64,000 nt of DNA from an uncultured Alphaproteobacteria bacterium (lineage in GTDB: Bacteria; Pseudomonadota; Alphaproteobacteria; Sphingomonadales; Sphingomonadaceae). The stretch covers positions 212,542-276,541 of the forward strand of contig CAWJZA010000016.1 in assembly GCA_963847215.1 (NCBI GenBank). The letters run 5' to 3'. The notes beneath the pieces were generated by a model that was not told where the DNA came from, made no database searches, and was given only the letters and a program-made list of their open reading frames with translations. Below, one piece after another: positions 9,616 to 19,168 of this stretch. Positions within the stretch are counted from its first letter, which is position 1; every line of letters starts with the position of its first letter. A program made the translations under genes and the position numbers.

Positions 9616-11699
9616 CTAGCGCGGGGGGCCGTTGAGCGTCTCGTCGAGCCAGCGGTCGTCGAGCCGGGGCGTCCGCGCGGCGCGATCGGCGGCGGGCGGT
9701 CGCCGCGATAGGGATCGGGATGATAGGGGTCGCTTCGGCACGGATCGGGGCGCGGCCGGCGCGGGCGCGCGGCGACGTCGGCGACTGCCGTCGGCTGGTC
9801 GCCGCCGCGGCGCGGCGCTGTCGGGCTCGAGGCCATAGACCTGGTCGTCGGGTTCGAGGCCGAGATCGGGCGCGGCGACGTCGGTGGTCAGCGGCACCGG
9901 CGGCGTGCCGCCGACGGCGCGCGCCATATACGCGGCGAAGGCGCGTGCCGGCGCGCGGCCGCCCTGCAGCACCGGGACCGGCTTCGGAATCGTCGCGGCC
10001 CATCCACACGCCCGCGGTCATGCCGCGGTGAAGCCGACGAACCAGCCGTCCTTGTTCGTGCTGGTCGTGCCCGTCTTGCCGGCCAGCGGCCGCCCGATCT
10101 GCGCGTTGCGCCCGGTGCCGGTCTCGACCGCCGCCTTCATCAGGTCGGTCATCTTGGCGGCGACATAAGGGCGCGACGAGGACGCGCGGGTCGGGCGGCT
10201 CGCGCGTGTACAGGACCGTCCCGACGCGGTGGCGATGCGGGTGATGCCGTACGGCCGCGCCTCGACGCCCTGGTTGGCGATGGCGGCATAGGCGGCGGTC
10301 AGCTCGATCAGCGTGACGTCCGACGCACCGAGCGCCATCGCCGGGCGGCGGTCGATCGGCGTGGTGATGCCGAAGCGGCGGGCGACGTCGGCGACGGTGT
10401 CGAAGCCGACGCGCTGCGCCAGCCGCACGGCGACGGTGTTGATCGAGCGGGCGAAGGCCTGGCGGACCGTCACCGGCCCGGCGAAGCCCGGCTGAAGTTC
10501 TTCGGGCTCCAGCCGTCGATGGTGATCGGCGCGTCGACGACCGGTATCGTCGGGCGTTAACCCCGTCTTCGATCGCCGCGAGATAGTCGAACAGCTTCCA
10601 CGCTCGACCCCGGCTGGCGGCGGGCGGCGACGGCGCGGTTATAGTTCGACGTCACATAGTCGCGCCCGCCGACCATCGCCTTGACCGCGCCGTCGCGGGC
10701 CAGCGCGACCAGCGCGCCCTGCGCGCCCGGCCGGCGCCTCGGCGGCGATCGCCGCTTCGGCGGCGCGCTGCCCGGCGGGATCGAGCGTCGTCGTCACCTG
10801 CAGCGGCTCGACCGCCTCGTCGGTCAGGTTCTCGACCTGGGCCAGCACCCAGTCGGTGAAATAGCGCACCCCCGACTGCGCGCTCCTGCGGGGCGAAGCG
10901 CAGGTCGGTCGAGGTCGGCCGCGGCCGCCTCGCCGCGGCGTGATCGAGCCGCAATCGACCATCGTCGCGATGACCGTCGCCGCGCGGTTGCGCCGGCGAG
11001 CGGGTCGGCCGACGGCGCATAGCGGCTCGGCGCCTTGACCAGCCCGGCGATGATCGCCGCCTCGGGCAGGCTGAGCGTCGCGGCCGGATGGCCGAAGAAT
11101 TTGCGGCTCGCGGCGTCGATGCCGTAGGCGCCGCCGCCGAAATAGACGCGGTTGAGATAGAGCTCGAGGATCGCCTCCTTGGTGAACTTGCCGCTCGATC
11201 GCCAGCGCCAGCACCGCCTCGCGCATCTTGCGGCCGAAGGTCTGGTTCGACGTCAGGAAGACGTTGCGCGCCAGCTGCTGGGTGATCGTCGACGCGCCCT
11301 GGCGTGAAGTGGCCGGCGTCGGCCGGCGACCGCCAGGACGCGGGCGATGCCGATCGGGTCGACGCCGGGGTGCTGGTAGAAGCGCCGGTCCTCGACCGCG
11401 ATCATCGCCTCGGTCATCGTGTGCGGGATGCGCGCGAACGGCAGCCACTCGCCGTAGCTCGGCCCCAGGCTGACCAGCACGCTGTTGTCGGCGCCGCGAA
11501 TCTCGACCGACTGGCCGTTGGGCGAGTTCATGAGCTCGTCGAAGCTCGGCAGCGACTCCATCGCGACGACGACCGAGAGCCAAGGGCGATCAGGCCGAGC
11601 AGGATCAGGCCGACGACGAGCTTGCCGGCACCGGCGAGGAACGCAGCCACGCGCCCCGCGGGGCGGCGCGCGGCGGGCGGGGCGGGGCGGGGCGGGCAT
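9616..11699 (-). CDS. PBP1A family bifunctional transglycosylase/transpeptidase (multiple apparent frameshifts)
   Basis: Fragments across frames: EDRRFYQHPGVD, QGASTITQQLARN, RSINT, AGKTGT, KDGWFVGFT; start approximate. Confidence 0.85.
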
Positions 11700-11761
11700 C
11701 TGGGTGTGTTGCGCGCCTAGGCCGGATGCCGCCGGCGCGGCAAGGGCGTTCGGCGCGGCGA

Positions 11762-12076
11762 TCAGGCGAGCAGAAGCTGCGCCTCGCCCGACCTGTGCGA
11801 GAAAGCCGACCATGCCGCCGGTCGACGACGCCGGGCGGGAGGTCGGCCGCGGTCAGGCCGGCGCGGCGAGCCCGGTCTGGCAGGCGGTGACGCGCGACGC
11901 CGAGGTCGAGCGCGGCGGCGAGCAGCGGGTCGGCGGCGGCGAGCGCGGCGACGCTGGCGCCGTCGAACAGCATCGTCGACGTCGCGGCCCAGCGCGGCGG
12001 CCGACGCCGGCGAGGCGTCAGCGCGGTGCGAGCCGCGGACCGGCGCTCCGCCGACGACGATCGCCAGCGGGGTCAC
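11762..12076 (-). CDS. DsrE/DsrF-like family protein (reconstructed through several indels)
   Basis: Stitched reading VTPLAIVV...TALTLAASAAALGRDVTMLFDGASV...LGVRVTACQTGL...GGMVGFL...LLLA*. Confidence 0.6.
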   Translation of the reverse strand: MTPLAIVVGGAPVRGSHRADASPASAAALGRDVDDAVRRRQRRRARRRRPAARRRARPRRRASPPARPGSPRRPDRGRPPARRRRPAAWSAFSHRSGEAQLLLA

Positions 12077-12830
12077 GCCGAAGGTCATGACGGCCACACG
12101 CCGGGCAGGCCGGATCCTTCGCCAGCGTCAGCGTCCGCATCCGCGGCGCCAGCGCGTCGAACAGCAGCAGGCCGGCCCGGCTCGCGACCGAAGCCGGTGA
12201 TCTCGCGGATCACCTCGAGCGCCTGCAGGCTGCCGAGGACGCCGGCGACCGCGCCGAGCATGCCCTGATCGGCGCAGCTCGCTGCGTCCGGCCCGGGCCG
12301 CTGCCCGACGAAGCAGCGGTAGCACGGGCGGCCCGCCTCCCAGCCGCGGAACGTCGCCAGCTGCCCCTCGAACGGCCCGACCGCCGCCGAGACCAGCGGG
12401 ATGCGCAGGCGCAGCGCCGCGTCGGCGACCGCCAGCCGCGTGGCGAAACTGTCCGAGCCGTCGGCGACGACGTCGTGCCCGGCGAGCAGCGCGGCGGCAT
12501 TGCCGGCGTCGAGGCGGACCGCGCGCGGCGTCACGACGACGTCGGGATTGAGCCGGGCGAGCGCGGCGGCGGCGCTGCGGTCTTGGCGCGGCCGACGTCG
12601 GCGGTGCCGTGCAGCACCTGCCGCTGCAGGTTGGACAGCGCGACGGTGTCGTCGTCGATCACCGTTAGCCGCCCGACGCCGGCGGCGGCGAGGTACTGCA
12701 GGCACGGGCTGCCGAGCCCGCCCGCGCCGATCACCGCGACGTTCGCCGCCAGCAGCTTCGCCTGGCCGGCGCCGCCGACTTCCTTCAGCACGATATGGCG
12801 CGCGTAGCGGTCGAGCTGGTCGTCCCTCAC
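12073..12830 (-). CDS. moeB: HesA/MoeB/ThiF family adenylyltransferase (frameshifted)
   Basis: [49 protein letters not shown]; end approximate. Confidence 0.88.
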
Positions 12831-12836
12831 GGCGCC

Positions 12837-13288
12837 TCAGGCACCGGTCGAGCCGAAGCCGCCGGTACCGCGCGCCGTGTCGGGCGACCGCTTCGACGAC
12901 GACCCAGCGCGCGCGTACCACCGGCGCGACGACCAGCTGGGCGATGCGCATGCCGCGCGTGATCGTCACCGCTCGCGCCGAGGTTGACGAGCAGCACCAT
13001 CAGCTCGCCGCGATAGTCGCTGTCGATCGTGCCCGGCGCGTTGGCGACCGTCAGCCCGTGCTTCAGCGCCAGCCCCGAGCGCGGCCGGACCTGCACCTCG
13101 TAGCCATCGGGGATCGCCAGCTTGAGCCCGGTCGGCACTGCCGCGCGCGCGCCCGGGGCGAGGACGCAGGTCGCGGTCGACCGCGGCGACGGCATCCATG
13201 CCCGCCGCGCCGGCGGTGGCATAGGCGGGCAGGTCGAGCCCGTCGGCGTGGCGCATGATCTCGACGGCGATCGCGATTCGGCGGTCAT
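12837..13288 (-). CDS. dut: dUTP diphosphatase (frameshifted)
   Basis: [48 protein letters not shown]. Confidence 0.93.
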
Positions 13289-14501
13289 GCCAGCGGCCGT
13301 CAGCGCGGGCGATCCGCGCCGCCAGCCGCCGCGCGACTTCGGCCTTGGCCAGCGCGCGGCCAGTCCTCGACGCCGTCGGCGGTGACGAGGTGGACGGTGT
13401 TCGCGTCGCCGCCCATCACGTCGCCGGAGACGTCGTTGGCGACGATCCAGTCGGCACTCTTGGCGGCGCGCTTGGCGACCGCGCTGGCGACGGCGTGTCG
13501 CGGTCTCGGCGGCGAAGCCGACGACCAGGCGCGGCCGGCGCGGCCCGGCGCGGCGACCGCGGCGAGGATGTCGGGGTTTCGATCAGCGTCGAGCACCGGC
13601 GGGCCGTCGGCCTTCTTGAGCTTGCCCGGCGCCGGCGCGACGCCCCAGTCGGCGACGGCGGCGACCATCACCGCGGCGTCGGCGGGCAGCGCGGCGTCGA
13701 CCGCGGCCGCCATCTCGACGCGCGGTCTCGACATCGACGCGCGTGCAGCCCGGCGGCGTCGCCAGCGCGACCGGCCCGGCGACCAGCGTCACCCGCGCGC
13801 CGAGCGCCGCGAGCGCCCCGGCGATGGCGAAGCCCTGCTTGCCCGACGAGCGGTTGGCGAGGAAGCGGACCGGGTCGATCGGCTCGTGCGTCGGCCCGGC
13901 GGTGACGATGATGTGCTGACCGGCGAGCGGCGATGCCGCGTCGCGACTGTCGCCGACGCTCCGGCAGCGCGCAAGCGTCGGCGATCGCCGCGGTGATGCG
14001 GTCGATCTCGGGCAGGCGGCCGGGGCCGAACTCGCCGCACGCCATCGCGCCCTCGTCGGGCTCGATCACCGTGACGCCGCGCGCGCGCAGCGTCGCGACA
14101 TTGGCGACCGTCGCGGCATGCGTCCACATCCGCACGTTCATCGCCGGCACCGCCAGCACCGGCGTGTCGGTCGCCAGCAGCAGCGTCGTCGCAAGATCGT
14201 CGGCAGCCCCGCCGCCATCTTCGCCAGCAGGTCGGCGGTCGCCGGGCAGACGACGATCAGGTCGGCAGCGCGGCTGAGCTCGATGTGCCCATGCGCCGCC
14301 CTCGTCGAGGCTCCACAGATCGGTATGACGTCGGCTCGGCGGCCAGCGCCGCCAAGCTCAGCGGCGTGACAAAACGCGCGCCCGCCGCCGGTCAGCACCG
14401 GCGTGACAGCGGTGCCCGCCCGACGCAGCGCGCGGACGAGCTCGAGCGCCTTGTACGCCGCGATGCCGCCGCCGACGATCAGGAGGATGCGCTTGCGTCA
14501 T
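13285..14501 (-). CDS. coaBC: Phosphopantothenoylcysteine decarboxylase/ligase CoaBC (frameshifted)
   Basis: [72 protein letters not shown]. Confidence 0.93.
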
Positions 14502-14534
14502 CCTCCTCGCCTTAGTCGGCGGCGGGCGCCAACG

Positions 14535-15009
14535 TCAAAGCGTGACGTGCTTGACCGTGTCGGCCTTAGGCGGCGACTGGGTGAAGTTGGCGGCGGCGAC
14601 GCGGATCAGCTGCAACACGCCGTCGGCGAGTCCCAAAGGGTGGCGTGCGACGGCGTGACGTGGATCAGTCCGGTCGTCGGCGCCTCCGGCCCTTCGGGCA
14701 TCCAGGCTTCGGCGAACGGGTTCCACAGCTCCTTGGTCTTGGCCGGGTCGCGGACGACGCGTGCGGTACCGGTGACCGAGACGTAGCTGTTGGCCTTGCT
14801 GTCGGCGAAGGCGAGGTTGACGTGGGCGTCGTCCTTGATCTCGTTCGTCTTCTCGCTGTCGATGCGGGTGATGAACCAGATCGAGTGCGTGTCCCTGTCG
14901 ACATAGGCGCTCATCGGCCGGCTCTCGAGCCCGTGCTTGTCTCGGTCGTCAGCATGGCGACGCGAATGTCCTCGATCATCTTCCAGAACTTGGCGGTGTC
15001 GTCGGCCAT
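14535..15009 (-). CDS. Pyridoxamine 5'-phosphate oxidase-like general stress protein (GSP26 type; frameshifted)
   Basis: MADDTAKFWKMIEDIRVAMLTT..SRPM..WFIT..K..EI..VNLAF..YVSVTGTA..LWNPFAEAW. Confidence 0.8.
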
Positions 15010-15048
15010 GGCTGCTTACTCTTCGTTTCGGGGATGGGTCGGCCGGTA

Positions 15049-15074
15049 GACGCCCGGTGCCGCCGCCCGGTTCC
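15049..15074 (-). promoter_or_regulatory. Putative EcfG/SigT promoter (GGAAC-N17-CGTC) for the GSP26-like gene
   Basis: Minus strand GGAAC 15074-15070 and CGTC 15052-15049, about 40 nt above the ATG. Confidence 0.6.
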
Positions 15075-15123
15075 CGGCGGCAGGACGCCTCGCGACGGGT
15101 CGAAAAAAAGATTTGGCTTCCGC

Positions 15124-15148
15124 GGAACCGCTTCGGGGGAAGCCCGTT
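15124..15148 (+). promoter_or_regulatory. EcfG/SigT general-stress promoter GGAAC-N16-CGTT
   Basis: GGAAC 15124-15128 and CGTT 15145-15148, exact consensus; no ORF downstream on this strand. Confidence 0.8.
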
Positions 15149-15153
15149 GAGCA

Positions 15154-15289
15154 GCCAGGACCTCGGTACACGCCCCCCCGCTCCCGCGGTCCTTCCAAAG
15201 GGGTCCGGTCGCATCATCCCCCCCGAATGCGGCCGGACCCTAAGATTTGACCCGCGACCACCCCCCTGGTCGCGGGTCTTTTCGTTTTT
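15154..15289 (+). ncRNA. Candidate small RNA of three hairpins with poly-C loops (GsrN/cuckoo-like architecture)
   Basis: Stems at 15158-15192, 15201-15240 and 15249-15278 with C6-C7 loops; promoter upstream, U tract downstream; 5' end estimated. Confidence 0.7.
15249..15289 (+). terminator. Rho-independent terminator
   Basis: GACCCGCGACCA-CCCCCC-TGGTCGCGGGTC, perfect 12-bp stem, followed by TTTTCGTTTTT. Confidence 0.85.
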
Positions 15290-15341
15290 GGCAGGGCGGC
15301 AGTATTCCTGGTAAGGACAGACAGCGATCGACTGGGCCGAT

Positions 15342-16148
15342 TTACTCGGCCGCCGCTGGCAGGGCCGCGGCGTCACGTGCGCGGCGGCGCTCGCTGAACC
15401 AGATGCCGACGATCGATCCCTCGTAGAGCGCAATCAGCGGCACCGCGAGCAGGCACTGCGACACGACGTCGGGCGGGGCGAGGATGGCGGCGACGACGAA
15501 CGCGCCGACGATGGCATAGCGCCTGCCGGCCTTGAGCTGCGCCCGCGTCACCAGCCCCGCGCGCTCGAGCAGCATCAGCAGCACCGGCAGCAGGAAGGCG
15601 ATGCCGAAGCCGGCCATGAAATGCATGATCAGCGACAGATAGTCGTTCATCGTCGGCAGCGCCGTCTGGGCGAAGCCAGTGGCAGCGCCGCTGTCGTTGT
15701 ACCGCAGGAAAAAGCGGAACGAGATCGGCGCGACGACATAATAGGCCAATGCCGCGCCGGCGGTGAACAGTACCGGTGTCATGATCAGGAACGGCAGGAA
15801 GGCCCGCTTCTCCTTCCGGTAAAGCCCGGGCGCGACAAAGGCCCACAGCTGATTGGCGATAACCGGGAAGGCGAGGCACAGCGCGGCAAAGGCGGCGACC
15901 TTCACCTGAACGAAGAACGCCTCGTACAGCTTGGTGAAGATCAGCTGCGTCGGGTGCGATCCCTCGGCGACGATCAGCGGGTGGACGAGAAAGGCGAAGA
16001 TCGCCCGCGACTGGGTGAAGGCTAGCCCGAAGGCGATGACCAGCGCGACGATCGAGATCAGCAGGCGCTTTCTCAGTTCGACCAGATGCTCCATCAGCGG
16101 CGCCCGCGAGGCGTCGATCTCCTCCTCGCCGGTCGCGGGCGTCGTCAT
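15342..16148 (-). CDS. tatC: Twin-arginine translocase subunit TatC
   Basis: PLMEHLVELRKRL, QLWAFVAPGLY, APPDVVSQ, PLIALYE. Confidence 0.95.
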   Translation of the reverse strand: MTTPATGEEEIDASRAPLMEHLVELRKRLLISIVALVIAFGLAFTQSRAIFAFLVHPLIVAEGSHPTQLIFTKLYEAFFVQVKVAAFAALCLAFPVIANQLWAFVAPGLYRKEKRAFLPFLIMTPVLFTAGAALAYYVVAPISFRFFLRYNDSGAATGFAQTALPTMNDYLSLIMHFMAGFGIAFLLPVLLMLLERAGLVTRAQLKAGRRYAIVGAFVVAAILAPPDVVSQCLLAVPLIALYEGSIVGIWFSERRRARDAAALPAAAE

Positions 16149-16539
16149 GGCCGTTCGTCGGGCGGTGCGGCGAGCGCGGCCGGCTGCGGCCCGGTCATGG
16201 CCGTACCATAGATGTTGCCGGCCGCGGCACCCGGCAGCGCCCCGGGATGGTCGTAAGGGTGCTCGCCGACCACGGCGTCATGGGCATGTGCCGGCACCGG
16301 CGCGACGCGGTGGCGGCCATGATCTCGGCGTTCTGCTTAGCCCACTGCTTCTGCATTTCCTCGAGCTCGGCCTCGCGCATCATCGTGTCGAAGCCCGAGC
16401 GCAGGTGGCGCGTCATCGCCCGGCCGCGCCCGACCCAGCCGCCGACCAGCCGCATCACGCGCGGCAGGTCCTTCGGCCCGATGACGATCAGCGCGACGAC
16501 AGCGATCAGCAGGAACTCGGTAGAATCGATGCCGAACAC
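16145..16539 (-). CDS. tatB: Sec-independent translocase TatB (one apparent frameshift near 16305)
   Basis: MFGIDSTEFLLIAVVALIVIGPKDLP; the corrected frame ends in a TGA overlapping the tatC ATG. Confidence 0.9.
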
Positions 16540-16554
16540 CGGCCCGGCTCCGCG

Positions 16555-16821
16555 TCAGCTCCGGGGCACGTCGTCGCGCACCGGGGAAGCGGGCTGCGCC
16601 GGCGGCGCGAGGTGCGGCGGAGAATAGGGCTGCGGCGGATAGCCCGGCGGCGGGGCATAGCCCTGCGGGTGCTGCGGCGTGTCGCCGTCCGCCAGTCCCT
16701 TCTTGAAGCTGTTGATGCCCTTGGCCATGTCGCCCATCAGCTCGCTGATCTTGCCGCGACCGAACAGCAGCATGACGACGAGAATGACGATGAGCCAGTG
16801 GACGAGGCTGAACGAACCCAT
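16555..16821 (-). CDS. tatA: Twin-arginine translocase TatA
   Basis: [42 protein letters not shown]. Confidence 0.95.
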   Translation of the reverse strand: MGSFSLVHWLIVILVVMLLFGRGKISELMGDMAKGINSFKKGLADGDTPQHPQGYAPPPGYPPQPYSPPHLAPPAQPASPVRDDVPRS

Positions 16822-16828
16822 GATCTGA

Positions 16829-17425
16829 TCACTCCGGCGGCGCGGGGGCCTGACCTGCGCTATGTACGCCCGGGGGCGGCGTTTCGCCAGTGGCGGGGCG
16901 CACGTCGAGAAGGCCGGCGGCGCGGAGGTCGGCGATACCGGGCAGATCGCGGCGGTCGCCTAGCCCGAAATCGACCAGGAAGGCAGGCGTCGTCGCGAAC
17001 TGCAGCGGCCGGCCCGGCGATTCGCGGCGACCGGCGGGCTTGATCCAGCCGCTCGCCAGCAGCACGTCGAGCGTGCCCGGTGACACCGCGACGCCGCGGA
17101 TGTCCTCGATCTCGGCGCGTGTCACCGCCTCGTGATAAGCGATGATCGCCAGCGTCTCGACCGCTGCGCGGCTCAGCCGCTTCGGCACCTCGCGTGTGGT
17201 CCGCAGCAGGTAGCCGAGATCGGGAGCGGTCTGGAACAGCCAGCGGCCGCCGCGCTCGGCCAGCACGACGCCGCGCGGTGCGTAGCTTTCGGCCAGGGCG
17301 GCAAGGGCGGCGCGAATGTCAGCGGGCGCCGCGGTGACGTGCCGCGCGATATCGGCGACGGTGACCGGCTCCTCGGCGGCGAAGACGACGGCTTCGACCG
17401 CGCGGACGAGGGCCGGATCGCTCAT
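16829..17425 (-). CDS. scpB: SMC-Scp complex subunit ScpB
   Basis: [36 protein letters not shown]. Confidence 0.93.
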   Translation of the reverse strand: MSDPALVRAVEAVVFAAEEPVTVADIARHVTAAPADIRAALAALAESYAPRGVVLAERGGRWLFQTAPDLGYLLRTTREVPKRLSRAAVETLAIIAYHEAVTRAEIEDIRGVAVSPGTLDVLLASGWIKPAGRRESPGRPLQFATTPAFLVDFGLGDRRDLPGIADLRAAGLLDVRPATGETPPPGVHSAGQAPAPPE

Positions 17426-18174
17426 GCCGGCGGTGCCGCGCGGCCGGCGGGGCGCGTCCGCACCAGCAGCGGCGCGCCGTCGGCCTGGGCCAGTTCGGTC
17501 CTCCCTTGCCGCGTCAGTTCGAGCGCGGCGGCGAAGGTGCTCGCCAGCGCCGAACGGCGGAAGCGGGCGTCATCCGTCGCCGGCAGATAGGCGTCGAGGC
17601 CGGTCCAGCGCGGGCCGACCAGCCGCCGCAGCCGGACCAGCGCAGCGTCGAGCGCGAGCACGTCGCGGCGCGCCACCGCATAGGCCGGGCGCTCGCGCCG
17701 TGTCCGCACCGCTCCGTAGGCGGTCATCAGCTCGAACAGGTCGGCGGCGAACACCGGCCGTCGCGTCGCCTTCAGCCCCTCGGGCGCCGGGCGGCGGAAG
17801 GTGTCGATGCCCATCCGGTCGCGCGCCATCAGCCGGGCGCCGGCCTCGCGCATGGCCTCGAGCCGCTCTAGCTGGCGCTGCAATTGCGCGGCGAGTTCCT
17901 GCGGGTCGGGGTCGGCGGCGGGATCGGGCGGCAGTAGCAGGCACGATTTCAAATAGGCAAGCCACGCCGCCATGACGAGATAATCGGCCGCCACCTCCAG
18001 CCGCAGCGAGCGCGCGGCGGCGATGAAGACGAGATACTGATCGACAAGGGCGAGGATCGAGATCTGCGCGAGGTCGACCTTCTGGGCGCGGGCGAGGCCG
18101 AGGAGCAGGTCGAGCGGGCCTTCCCAGGCACCGAGGGCCAGCGTCAGCGTCTCGTCCGCGGCGCGTTCAGCCAT
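17422..18174 (-). CDS. scpA: Segregation and condensation protein A
   Basis: EGPLDLLL, VDQYL, AADYLVMAAWLAYLKS, FAAALEL. Confidence 0.93.
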   Translation of the reverse strand: MAERAADETLTLALGAWEGPLDLLLGLARAQKVDLAQISILALVDQYLVFIAAARSLRLEVAADYLVMAAWLAYLKSCLLLPPDPAADPDPQELAAQLQRQLERLEAMREAGARLMARDRMGIDTFRRPAPEGLKATRRPVFAADLFELMTAYGAVRTRRERPAYAVARRDVLALDAALVRLRRLVGPRWTGLDAYLPATDDARFRRSALASTFAAALELTRQGRTELAQADGAPLLVRTRPAGRAAPPA

Positions 18175-19168
18175 GCGCTAACAGGTCGTCGCGCTGCGCC
18201 GTCAGCGCCGCTACGTCCGCCTCGCGAGGGGTCGTTGCCCACAGCATCGCGGCGTTCAGCCGGGCCATCGCCTCGGCGCCGATCGTCCCGGCGGCGTCGA
18301 CGACCGCCCGCATCTCGGCCAGGTCGCCGGAACAGTGCAGGGCAATGTCGCAGCCGGCGGCGAGGCAGCCGCGGGTCCGCTCGGCGAAGCTGCCCCCCAG
18401 CGCCTTCATGCCGAGGTCGTCGCTCATCAGCAGGCCGTCGAAGCCGATGTCGCGGCGGATCGTCTCGCCGATCACCATCGGCGACAGCGTGGCGCAGCGG
18501 TCGGGGTCGAGCGCGGAGTAGACGATATGCGCGGTCATCGCCATCGGCGCGTCGGCGAGCTTGCGGAACGGCTCGAAGTCGAGTTCGAGCGCTTCGCGGC
18601 TGGCCTCGACCACGGGTAGGTCGAGGTGGCTGTCGACCCGCGCCCGGCCGTGGCCGGGGATGTGCTTGACGACGCCGATGACCCCGCCCTCGCGCAGCCC
18701 GCCGAGCGTCGCCTGGCCGAGGGCGGCGACGCGCATCGGCTGCGACCCGTAGCTGCGGTCGCCGATGATGTCGTGTCCGGCCGGATCGCGCACGTCGAGC
18801 AGCGGCAGGCAGTCGACGGTGATCCCGGCCTCGTGCAGCATCAGGCCGATCAGCCGGCCGTTGAGCCGCGCCGCCTCGATCGCCGACAGCGGCGCCACGT
18901 CGTAGAGCGCACCGAAGCGGGCGGCGGGCGGGAAATCGGGCCAGTGCGGCGGCCGCAGCCGGGCGACGCGGCCGCCCTCCTGGTCGATCAGGATCGGCAG
19001 GTCGCGTCCGGCGAGCGCGCGCAGGGCATCGGTCAGCGCCAGCAGCTGATCGGGATCGACGCAGTTGCGCGCGAACAGGATGTAGCCGGCCGGGTCGGCG
19101 GCGCGGAACAGGGCGTGTTCCTCGCGGCTGATGGTCGGGCCGGCAAGGCCGAGGAAGACCGGGGTCAC
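18167..19168 (-). CDS. nagZ: Beta-N-acetylhexosaminidase (GH3)
   Basis: IDQEGGRVARL, KHIPGHG..DSH, MTAH, MSDDL; GTG start. Confidence 0.93.
   Translation of the reverse strand: MTPVFLGLAGPTISREEHALFRAADPAGYILFARNCVDPDQLLALTDALRALAGRDLPILIDQEGGRVARLRPPHWPDFPPAARFGALYDVAPLSAIEAARLNGRLIGLMLHEAGITVDCLPLLDVRDPAGHDIIGDRSYGSQPMRVAALGQATLGGLREGGVIGVVKHIPGHGRARVDSHLDLPVVEASREALELDFEPFRKLADAPMAMTAHIVYSALDPDRCATLSPMVIGETIRRDIGFDGLLMSDDLGMKALGGSFAERTRGCLAAGCDIALHCSGDLAEMRAVVDAAGTIGAEAMARLNAAMLWATTPREADVAALTAQRDDLLAHG

Noticed and set aside
9700-9750. Short 15-nt quasi-repeats (DPC/DPY peptides)
   Set aside because: Low-complexity Pro-rich tail of PBP1A with only about three degenerate units
9616-15009. 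Pseudogene cluster or programmed frameshifting
   Set aside because: Affected genes include essential ones (coaBC) with intact motifs, and indels are numerous and scattered with no slippery-site pattern; sequencing error is far more likely
15158-15278. CRISPR array, REP elements or canonical cuckoo RNA
   Set aside because: Stems are not sequence repeats, there are no spacers or cas genes, and the loops are poly-C rather than CCUCCUCCC
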